This document shows positions 1 to 8,438 of a DNA stretch of 64,000 nucleotides, piece after piece. The DNA comes from an uncultured Actinomycetes bacterium (lineage in GTDB: Bacteria > Actinomycetota > Thermoleophilia > Gaiellales > JALYLC01): contig OY970326.1 in NCBI GenBank assembly GCA_963717155.1, forward strand, positions 677,532 to 741,531. Direction: 5' to 3'. The position numbers and the translations under genes were made by a program. The notes beneath the pieces are model-generated. The model saw only the letters and a program-made list of their open reading frames with translations, had not been told where the DNA came from and did not search any database. Positions within the stretch are counted from its first letter, which is position 1, and the number at the start of each line of letters is the position of its first letter.

Positions 1-1545
1 AGACGACCATCCCGCCCGAGTGCTGCGAGAGGTGGCGCGGCAGCCCGGCGATCTCGGCGGCCAGGAACGCGAGCGCGCGGAAGCGTCGATCGTGGGCCCG
101 CTCGGCCACGCCGGGCAGGCTCGCCATCTCGGCGCCGACGGCCTCCGCGGTCGTGGCCGTCGGAGGCGCGGGCCAGACGGTCGAGGTCGGCCGCGGGCAA
201 TCCGAGCACCTTGCCGAGCTCGCGGATCGCGCCGCGCGAGCGGTAGGTGGCGAACGCGGCGATCAGCGCCGATCGATCGCGGCCGTAGCGCTCGTGCACC
301 GCGGGGATCAGCTTCGCGCGCACGTCGCGCGGGAAGTCGAGGTCGATGTCCGGCGCGGAGACCATCTCGCGGTTGAGGAAGCGTCCGAGCGAGAGCCGGG
401 CCGCCACGGGGTCGACGTGCGAGAGGCCCGTCAGGTAGCAGACGATCGAGCCGACCGAGGAGCCGCGCCCGCGTCCGGGCGGCAGCACCTGCCGGGCGGC
501 GCTCGGCCCGCGCACCTCGACGGCGATCTCCCGCGCGAGCTCGAGGATCTCGCGATGCAGCAGGAAGAAGCCGGCCAGCCGGTGGTGGGCGATCAGCGCG
601 AGCTCCTCGTCGAGGCGAGAGGAGGCGGCCGCGTGCTGCGAGCTCTCGCCGATAGCGCTCGTGCAGCGCGTGGCTGGCAGATGCGCGACAGCTCGCGGTC
701 GGCGTCGTCCGTCGGTGGGGTAGCGATAGCCGAGGTCGCGGGTCAGGTCGAACTGGCAGCGCAGCGGCCAGGCGGGCCGTCTCGGCGACGGCGTCGGGCA
801 CGTCGCCGTGGAGCGCCGCCATCTCCTCCGGCCCCTTCAGCACGTGCTCGCGGTTGCCCCGCCGCTCGGCCTCGCATGCCTCGAGCGGGCGGCCGCAGCG
901 GATCGCCACGAGGGCGTCCTGAAGCGCTGCACGGCGGCGGTGGTGGACGTGCACGTCGTTCGTGACGACCGTCGGCCAGATCGAGCGTGCCGGCGAGCTC
1001 GCGCAGGGTGCGCAGCCGGGCGCGGTCACCGCGCAGGAGCGGTCGCGTCAGCTCCACGCGCAGCCGCTCGGGCCCGAACGCGTCGCGCAGGGCGCGGCCT
1101 CGCGCCAGGGCGATCTCGCGATCGTCGTGGACGAGCGCCCCGTGGCGCGCGACAGCCGGTGAGCGCGATCAGGCCCTCCGCGCGCTCGCGAGCGGTGCGC
1201 CAGCGGCAGCTCCGGGACGAGCCGGTCGGCCCGGTGCGCCTCGGTGATCGCCCGGCAGAGGTTGCGATAGCCCTGTGCCGTCTCGCACAGCACGGTCACG
1301 TGGAATCGCCCGGCGCCGATCGCGCACGGTCAGCTCGGCGCCGGTGATCGGCTGGACGCCGCAGTCGCGCGCCGCCTGTGCGAAGGCGAGCGCGCCGCAC
1401 AGGTTGTCGTGATCGGTCAGCGCGAGCGACTCGAGGCCGAGCTCGCGGCCTGCAGGGCGAGCTCCTCGGGCTGCGAGGCGCCGTCCAGGAACGAGAACGT
1501 CGAGTGGCAGTGCAGCTCGGCGTACGGGAGGTCGGCGGTGGGCAT
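1..1545 (-). CDS. dnaE2: Error-prone DNA polymerase III alpha subunit DnaE2, N-terminal part (continues past window start; frame broken several times)
   Basis: Minus-strand start ATG at 1545 reads MPTADLPYAELHCHSTFSFLDGAS. Other minus frames continue with ELGLESLALTDHDNLCGALAFAQAARDCGVQPITGAELTV and VTVLCETAQGYRNLCRAITEAHRA, i.e. the PHP-domain N-terminus of DnaE-type polymerases. Lies directly downstream of imuB. Confidence 0.85.
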
Positions 1546-1560
1546 CGGCTCGGCTCCGGC

Positions 1561-1875
1561 TCAGTCGCGCTGGCGGTACCAGCCCCCGCAGCGCAGGTCC
1601 TCGAAGACCACCGTGAGCCGGCCGCCGTCGAGCACGATCTCGGTGTAGCGGCGGCGCACGGGCGTGTCCGTCCACCAGCCCTCGTCGATCAGCCAGCGCT
1701 CCCGCACGCTCTCGACCGCGCGCCCGTCGATCCTGAGCGGTCGGCCGTCATCCGCGACCTCGACCTGGCACGGCCGTGGCAGGTTGAGCCGGATGCGTTG
1801 CCTTCGCGACCCCGATGTGCCGGAAGCGTGACGATCGCTGGACGTCGACACGGCCATCAGCAACGATCCTCGCAT
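1561..1875 (-). CDS. ImuB C-terminal module, either a separate 104-aa ORF or the frameshifted 3' end of imuB
   Basis: ORF contains ...RERWLIDEGWWTDTPVRRRYTEIVLDGGRLTVVFEDL..., a WW...R.Y segment I recall from ImuB C-termini. It stops 15 nt before the dnaE2 ATG. Its frame stays open upstream of the ATG, so a single indel would fuse it to imuB. Confidence 0.5.
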   Translation of the reverse strand: MRGSLLMAVSTSSDRHASGTSGSRRQRIRLNLPRPCQVEVADDGRPLRIDGRAVESVRERWLIDEGWWTDTPVRRRYTEIVLDGGRLTVVFEDLRCGGWYRQRD

Positions 1876-1876
1876 G

Positions 1877-1890
1877 CGAACACACGTTCG
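1877..1890 (-). promoter_or_regulatory. LexA (Cheo-type) box CGAACACACGTTCG
   Basis: Exact match to the palindromic core CGAAC-N4-GTTCG of Gram-positive/actinobacterial SOS boxes. It lies 1 nt upstream of the ATG at 1875, inside the 28-nt gap after the imuB main-frame stop (1904). Confidence 0.6.
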
Positions 1891-1903
1891 GGAAATCGCC
1901 CGG

Positions 1904-3131
1904 TCATGGCGCGTCCGCCTCTCGCAGGCCGTGGCGGCGCTCGGGTACCCGGCTCGTCGGATCGGCGGCCGTCACCCGCAGGGCAGCCCCTGGCCCGACC
2001 CCTGCCCGCACCTGGCGCACCGCCTCGGCCAGGCGCTCCGCGCGCTCGACTCCGGCAGGCCGGAACAGCGCGGTCTGCAGGTCGGCCGGGGCGAGCGCGC
2101 AGAGCTCGAGCGCCAGCTGGTCGATGGGCCCGGGCAGCTCGCGCAGGCGCGGGGCGAGCGCAAGCTCGAGTCGCTCCGGCACGGCGGTGGCCTCGCGCAG
2201 CGGCACGTACCGCTCCCACGAGCCACCGCCGGCGAATCGGGCGCCCAGGAGCATGCTGCGCGGTGCTCGCTCGTTCCGCTCGGGACGTGCCAGGACGCGG
2301 CCGAGCAGCAGGCGCAGGGCGTGTGCGAGCGCCTGCTCGGTCGCGACCGGCTCGGGCAGGGCGAGCACCTCGCGGATCGCCTGCGCTGCGATGCGGGGCG
2401 AGAGGCGGGACGAGTCCGATCCCGCTGCGAGCAGCCAGGCATGCTCGCCTCGCTGCCCGAAGCGATCGCGCACCACGATGCGGCCGAGGGCGCGCAGGTC
2501 GGCGAGCCGGCGCAGGCCGAGATCCTCGAGGGTGCGCCGCAGCTCGGGCGCGACAGGCCAGAGCGCGTCGATGGGAAGGTCGTCGAGGAACGCCTGGGCG
2601 CGATCGGGCTCGATGATCAGCGGCCGCTCCGGTCGCGCGCGCCGGGCAGCCAGCACGACCAGGAAGCGACCTCCGGCGACCCCCAGCCGGGGCCTCATCG
2701 CGGGGGCGAGCGAGGCGGCGCCGGCCAGCGTGCGCAGCACTCCTTCGCGACCGCCGAGCAGCCGCCGCAGCGGGCTGCTCGTCGAGCAGCACGAGCCCCT
2801 CCTCGATGGGCTCGACCATCGCGCCCACCTCCTCGAGCGCGACGCACAGTCGCTCGCCCGCCGCGCGGACGCGCAGCGGATCCGGGGGATACAGCGCGAG
2901 CGACGGGCAGAGCGCGAGCGCCTCGCTCGTACGCATGCCGGCGCGGACGCCGGCCGCGGCGGCCACGGCGTTCGGGGTGCCGATCTGCATCCCCGCGCTG
3001 CCATCCGCAGGCGCGAGCGCTGCCGGAGCCCCGGCCGTCTTGACCCCTCGAGCAGCCAGGGTCACTGCAAGATCGAAGCGGGGAAGGAGGACGGAGACGA
3101 GCACGGCGGGGGAGAGACCGTAGACGAACAT
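1904..3131 (-). CDS. imuB: Y-family polymerase-like mutasome subunit ImuB (frame switch near 2770)
   Basis: N-terminus MFVYGLSPAVLVSVLLPRFDLAVTLAA...GMRTSEALALCPSLALYPPDPLRV...MVEPIEEGLVLLD resembles DinB/ImuB. A second frame continues ...FLDDLPIDALWPVAPELRRTLEDLGLRRLADL (HhH-like). Sits immediately upstream of dnaE2 with a LexA box on its start codon. Confidence 0.75.
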
Positions 3132-3138
3132 GTGTTCG
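3125..3138 (-). promoter_or_regulatory. LexA (Cheo-type) box CGAACATGTGTTCG overlapping the imuB start codon
   Basis: Exact CGAAC-N4-GTTCG palindrome. The central CAT (3129-3131) is the imuB ATG on the minus strand. Confidence 0.65.
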
Positions 3139-3169
3139 TATGCAAGCTCTCTCGCCTGGCCGGGCGATA

Positions 3170-3194
3170 TCTAAACCTCTATCAGAGGTTTAGA
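3170..3194. repeat. Perfect 11-bp inverted repeat with 3-nt spacer (TCTAAACCTCT atc AGAGGTTTAGA)
   Basis: Read directly from the sequence. It is AT-rich in a very GC-rich context and lies between the stop of the 3213-4824 gene and the imuB LexA box. Confidence 0.9.
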
Positions 3195-3212
3195 GTCTGG
3201 AGTCGTGCTTCC

Positions 3213-4824
3213 CTACGGATCCTGCGTGCGCGCCACCTGGATCTCGAGGGTGCCGGAGAAGTCTGGAAGCGCGATCCGCCGGCCTCCGTACAGCGCCAGC
3301 GGGAGCCCGCTGCCGGTCGCCGCAGACGCGATGTCGAACGGCGCGACGAGCGTCTGCGCCCGTGCGATTCCCGGAGGAGCCGTGATCCTGATCACCCAAC
3401 CCGAGCCCTCGGGGCCGGGGCGGACGTCGACGGCCAACGCGTCGCGCACACGCCACCACGTCGCGAGCGATCCGAGCGACCCGACCCACGCGTCATCGCC
3501 GAGCTGGTGCACCACGGCGCGCTCCGCTGCGATGCGGTCGGCCCCACCCGGTGCGAACGCGAGCAGCGTCGGAGCTCCGCTCCGCCGATGGGCGAGCACG
3601 ATCGCGATCATCGCGCCGACGCTCGTCTCGAGCCGCTCGCTCGGGCAGGGCCTCGAACGACACCGGGAAGCGCATGACGGGGCGTACGCCTCCGTCGCTC
3701 TCGGACTGCAGGAACGGGAAGGCTCCACCCGCGTGCGTCGCCGACAGCGTCGCGTCGACGCGCAGGCCCGACGCCTCGAGCGCGCCCGCGAAGCCGGGGC
3801 CGGTCTCGCGGCCTGCTCCGCGGAAGAGGGCGGTCGTCCCACCGCCGAGCGCTGCGAGCAGATGCCGGCCGACGCGCGCCTCGCCGAACACGCTTGCGCC
3901 GACGAGCTGCGTCGGCGACGCCTGGGCCGGGCTGTACGCCGGGATAGGTCTCGCGGCCGTCACCCAAGGTCAGCCTCGAGAGGTCAGGTCCCGAGACGCC
4001 TCCGGTCGCAAGCTCGCCGCCCGCGCTCCGGATCGCGGCGATGGCCGAGCGCTCGCTCTCGACGAGGGGGCCTCCCGCCTCGTCGGCGAGGTACTTCGTC
4101 TCCACAGGCCACGTGGCGTGGACGCCGAGATCGCGCTCCGCGCGCGCGAGCGCCGGCGCCGCGGCGACCGCGGAGGCCGTCGCGCAGGTCGTGCACGAAC
4201 ACCACGGCCTGTGTGCGTCCCGCAGGCGCGTCGCCGAGGTAGAAGCCGCCCGGGGTGGCGGACCACCAGCGCCGCAGCGCAGCGACCTGGCGGTCGCGCA
4301 GACCGCCGTTCTGCAGGCCGGTCTCCGGAACCGCATGCGAGCCGGGCGATCACGGCCCCGCGTCGCCCGATGAGCGCCCTGCGCGTCGGGCCGTCGGGTG
4401 CGATCGCGAGCAGCGTGCCACCGCGACGCGAGTAGGCCGCAAACGCCGCTCGCTGGCTGGCCGAGAGGTCGGTGGTGGGCCAGCTCAGCACGAGGGGGTG
4501 GCGAAAGGCCGATGCCGCGTCATGCACGATCTGGACGGGAATGCCGGCGGCGGCGAGCAGCCCGGTCGGCGCAGCCGGAAGCGTCGCGCTGTCGTGCACC
4601 CAGAGCGCCGCGGCGTTCGGGCCCCCGTCCGGCAGGCTGGGGGCGTCGGCTGCCGGGATCACCGAGCCGTCGAGCGGCCCTGCGGGCAGATCGGCGATGC
4701 TGCGTTCGCGGAGTGCCCGCTCGACGAGTGTCCCGAGCATGCCCACGAGCGTCAGCACGAGCCAGACGGCGAGGCCGCCCGCCACGAACGCGACGAGCGT
4801 GTGGATGCCTACCGTCCGCTGCAC
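3213..4824 (-). CDS. Membrane-anchored protein of unknown function (about 535 aa when three minus frames are joined)
   Basis: N-terminal TM helix MQRTVGIHTLVAFVAGGLAVWLVLTLVGMLG. The coding signal continues through frames 3970-4824, 3608-4336, 3493-3963 and 3213-3842, ending ...GTLEIQVARTQDP. I recognise no catalytic motif. Confidence 0.45.
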
Positions 4825-4988
4825 CTCATGGGCATCGGCAGGCGCTCCGATGCGCTCAAGCGCGGCATCCTCTAGGTCGCGCGCACGGGCACAGGCACGG
4901 CGACGGTCGGGCGCCGACCCCGCGCCCGGCCGCCGACCGGTCTGTCACCGAAGCTCTGCGAGCTCCGGAAGGTGCGTCTCGCCTCGAC

Positions 4989-6553
4989 TCAGTAGGAGTC
5001 GTCCACGAGCCGGCTGGTGCCCTTGGTGATGTCGGCGGCGATCGCGGCGAAGATCTGCGTCACGTCGCCCGCCGTGGGCTTGTTGTAGAAGTCGCCCGGA
5101 GACGCGATGCTCTGCAGCGTGTCGTAGCTGGTGATCAGCGGGAGCTCGGCGTGGTCGCCGGTGATGGTGTTGGTGCACGGGTTGCTGTTGTTGATGCTCG
5201 GCGCCTGCGCCGGGTACACGCCCTGGTAGTGGCCCGCTCCGCCAGTCAGCCCAGCTCTGGTTCTTGTTCGGGCCGGTCAGCGTGGTACCGATCTTGACGC
5301 ACCTGAAGTGCGCGTAGTCGGTGTTCGAGGAGGCCCAGCTCCTGTCGATCTGGCCCCACACGCCATGGACGCAGTAGGCGTAGCCGCTGGTCGCATCGAA
5401 GAGGTCGTAGCCGATCGTGTAGACCGTGGTGCCTGCCGCCTTGATCGCGGTCGCGGCGTTGATCGCCGAGTGGCAGGGCTGTGCGTCGCCGGGGTTGATC
5501 GTCGATGCGGAGCCCACCGGGGACATGTTGAAGCTCGTGGCAGGGTCGCCGAGATCGGGCTCGAGCCCGTGACCCGAGACGCCGGGCCAGTAGCCGCCCT
5601 GGTTGGCCTCGCCGTCGGTCATGAAGACGATGACCTTCGGCACGCCGGGCCGCCCGTCCTTGACCAGCTCGGCCTGTCCGGCCGTGAGCGCATCGTCGTA
5701 CGAGGTCGAGCCGAAGCTCCGGACGCAGTTGTGCGTGCTTCCGGAATCGAGCTGCATGTGCTGGACCAGGCTGCTCGATGGGTTCAGCGGCGACGTCGCC
5801 GAGGTCTTGAAGTCGGAGCCGAGCGCGTCGTCCAGGAAGACCAGGTTCGCCTGGTCGTAGTTGCTCGGGCTGACGGATCTCCCGTTGATCGTGAGCGTGG
5901 TGCTCGCGGTGTGGTTGCTGCAGACGGCGTTCGACGTGTTGTTGTTGTACGGCGGGAATGCCACGAGTCCGACCGTGTCGATGTTCGGGTCCATGATCCC
6001 GAGCAGGGTCTGCACGCCTTCCTTCGCGTTGTCGAGGTCGGTGCACTCCCCGCTGGGACCGGTCGGTGAGCACATCGATCCGGTGCGGTCGACGACGAGC
6101 ATGATGTCGACGGGCGCACGAGGCGCATGGCTGACAGGCCGTGGCGACGCCCTTGACGTCGAAGTGGTTGAACCCGAGGATGTTGGCGAACCAGGTCGGT
6201 GTCGTCGCCGTCTCGGTGACGGCGATCGTGTTCGCCTGGAACGTCTTGCCGGCGCCGCACCAGTTCGCCGCGCTCGTCGAGCAGCGCGTCGTGACGGAGA
6301 CGTTGACGTTGTTCAGGTTGTCAGGCGTGTTCAGCGACGCGTACTGCGTGGCACGACTCGTCGCCGCGGTCACGTCGGGCAGCTCCTGCGCGCCGGCGAG
6401 GGCGGCCGAGTCGGCCGACGCCTGCACCTGGCGCTTGGCGTACCAGGCGAAGCCGACGTCCATCACGATCGCGGCGGTCCCGAGAAGCGCGACCAGCGCC
6501 ACGATCATCAACGCGAATGCCTGACCCCGTTCGTTTCCAGCTCGTACGCGCAT
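4989..6553 (-). CDS. TadG-like N-terminal domain / von Willebrand factor A (vWA) protein, copy 1 (two frameshifts, near 6100 and 5235)
   Basis: MRVRAGNERGQAFALMIVALVALLGTAAIVMDVGFAWYAKRQVQASADSAALAGA is a TadE/G-like N-terminus. DIMLVVDRTGSMCSP and VIVFMTDGEAN are vWA/MIDAS-type motifs. A GAGGGGA RBS precedes the ATG at 6553. Paralogous to 6686-8221 throughout. Confidence 0.7.
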
Positions 6554-6594
6554 GGTTCCCCTCACCGCTCGCTCGCGGACACGTGTTCAGGGTG

Positions 6595-6672
6595 GGCATC
6601 GACTGCCACTCCCGCTCATCGTGAGTGGGCATGCGCGATTTCGCGGTCACCCGGAAGGGGGATGTTTCGCCC
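6595..6672 (-). promoter_or_regulatory. Conserved 5' leader/promoter segment upstream of TadG-like copy 1
   Basis: About 80% identical by eye to 8309-8386 upstream of copy 2. Shared blocks are GGCATCGAC.GCC.CTC, CATCGTGAGTG, TTTCG, CACCCG and GGGGAT.TTTGCC. Confidence 0.45.
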
Positions 6673-6685
6673 CGCGAGGGTCGGA

Positions 6686-8221
6686 TCAGTAGCCGTCGTC
6701 CACGAGCCGGCTCGTGCCCTTGGTGATGTCGGCGGCGATCGCGGCGAAGATCTGCGTGACGTCGCCCGACGTTGGCTTGTTGTAGAAGTCGCCGGGAGAC
6801 GCGATCGTCTGCAGCGTGTCGTAGCTCGTGATCAACGGCATCTCGCGGTGGTCACCCGTGATGGTGTTGAGGCACGGGTTCTGCTGGTTGCTCGGGCTCG
6901 GCACCGGGTACACGGGTTGATAGTGGCCGGCCTCGGGGGGGTTCTGCACCCACGTCTTCTTCTTGATCGAGTTCGTGAAGGCGCTACCGATCGCCGTACA
7001 CGTGAAGTTGGCGTAGTCGGTCGCGGACGAGGCCGTGCTCTCATCGATCTGGCCCCAGACGCCGTGCATGCAGTACGCGTAGCCCGACGTCGCGTCGAAC
7101 AGCGCGTAGCCGATCGTGTAGATCGTCGTCCCGGACAGCTTGATCGCGCTCGCGACGTTGATCGCGGAGTGACAGGGCTGTGCGTCGCCGGGGTTGATGG
7201 CCGAGGCGGAGTTGGCCGGGTACATGTTGAAGTTGTGGGTGGGGTCGTCGAGGTCGGGCTCGAGCCCGTGGGGCGTGACGCCGTTCCAGTACGAGCCCTC
7301 GTTGGCCTCGCCGTCCGTCATGAACACGATGACCTTGGGCACGCCCTTGCGGCCGTCCTTCACCAACTCCTTGTTCGCTGCGCTGAGGGCCTCGTCGTAC
7401 GACGTCGAGCCGAAGCTGCGGATGCAGTTCTGGACGTTCAGCGTGTCGGACGTCATGTGCTGCACGAGCGTGCTCGAGGGGTTGAGCGGGGACGTCGCCG
7501 AGGTCTTGAAGTTCGACAGCAGCGGGTCGTTGAGGTACTGGCGGGTCGAGTCGTCGTAGTAGCCGGCAGCGACTCCGCTCGTCCCGTTGATCGTGAGGTC
7601 GTTCGGCGCCCCGTCCTTCTGGCACACCGCGTTCGTGCTGCTCGTGTCGTAGGGCGGGAGAGCCACCAGCCCGATCGTGTCGATGTTGGGATCCATGATC
7701 CCGAGCATCGTCTGGACCCCGGCCTTCGCGTTGTTGAGGTCGGTGCACTCGCCCTGCTGCGCGCCGGTCCCGACGGGGGTGCACATCGAGCCCGTGCGGT
7801 CGACGACGAGCATGATGTCGACCGGGGCAGAGGAGCACGGCTGGCACGCCGTCGCAACGCTCGAGACGTTGAAGTTCGCGAAGCCGAGCACCTTGGCGAA
7901 CCAGGTCGGAGACGTGGCCGCCTCCGTCACCTGGATCGTGTTCGCCTTGAAGGTGCTCGACGGACCGCACCACGTCGACGAGTTCGTCGAGCATCGCGTG
8001 GTGATCACCGGCGCGAGCTGGCCGGTCATGTTGTCTGGCTGGTTCAGGTTCGAGTACTGCGTCGCGACGGACGTCGCGGAGGCGATGTCCGGCAACTGCT
8101 GTGCCCCTGCGAGCGCCGCGGCATCGGCCTGAGCCTGCACCTGGCGCTTCGCGTAGAACCCGAATCCCACGTCCATCACGAGCGCGGCTGAGCCGAGCAG
8201 GGCGATCAGTGCGATCACCAT
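6686..8221 (-). CDS. TadG-like N-terminal domain / vWA protein, copy 2 (intact 511-aa ORF; true start probably upstream of 8221)
   Basis: MVIALIALLGSAALVMDVGFGFYAKRQVQAQADAAALAGA, then VDIMLVVDRTGSMCTP and VIVFMTDGEAN. The in-frame upstream residues ...IGRTSERGQVFAL match the copy 1 N-terminus, but no canonical start codon is present there. Confidence 0.8.
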   Translation of the reverse strand: MVIALIALLGSAALVMDVGFGFYAKRQVQAQADAAALAGAQQLPDIASATSVATQYSNLNQPDNMTGQLAPVITTRCSTNSSTWCGPSSTFKANTIQVTEAATSPTWFAKVLGFANFNVSSVATACQPCSSAPVDIMLVVDRTGSMCTPVGTGAQQGECTDLNNAKAGVQTMLGIMDPNIDTIGLVALPPYDTSSTNAVCQKDGAPNDLTINGTSGVAAGYYDDSTRQYLNDPLLSNFKTSATSPLNPSSTLVQHMTSDTLNVQNCIRSFGSTSYDEALSAANKELVKDGRKGVPKVIVFMTDGEANEGSYWNGVTPHGLEPDLDDPTHNFNMYPANSASAINPGDAQPCHSAINVASAIKLSGTTIYTIGYALFDATSGYAYCMHGVWGQIDESTASSATDYANFTCTAIGSAFTNSIKKKTWVQNPPEAGHYQPVYPVPSPSNQQNPCLNTITGDHREMPLITSYDTLQTIASPGDFYNKPTSGDVTQIFAAIAADITKGTSRLVDDGY

Positions 8222-8308
8222 CAGTGCGAAGACTTGGCCTCGTTCGCTTGTTCGTCCGATTAGGGCAGGGTTCCTCTCGACGTGCTGAACGGGGACGTGC
8301 TCAAAGTC

Positions 8309-8386
8309 GGCATCGACAGCCGCTCACCACATCGTGAGTGCTGTGTGCTCTTTCGGTGCCACCCGTAGGGGGGATCTTTGCCCGAC
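8309..8386 (-). promoter_or_regulatory. Conserved 5' leader/promoter segment upstream of TadG-like copy 2
   Basis: Paralogous to 6595-6672 (see that entry). Lies in the divergent intergenic region shared with the coiled-coil gene. Confidence 0.45.
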
Positions 8387-8438
8387 GCCCCCCAGCCACC
8401 CTTAAGCCGCCCTCTCTGAGGTCGATAGAAAGCGGATA

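Noticed and set aside
20-1347. Plus-strand ORFs over the first 1.3 kb (20-376, 153-965, 808-1347, etc.)
   Set aside because: They are antisense to clearly recognisable DnaE2 sequence on the minus strand. Their products are Arg/Gly/Ala-rich nonsense typical of off-frame GC-rich DNA.
3213-3963. Calling the ORFs just upstream of imuB as imuA'
   Set aside because: Position is suggestive, but I see no RecA/SulA-like motif. The coding signal joins seamlessly to upstream frames, giving one ~535-aa membrane-anchored protein. The LexA box also sits on the imuB start rather than upstream of this gene.
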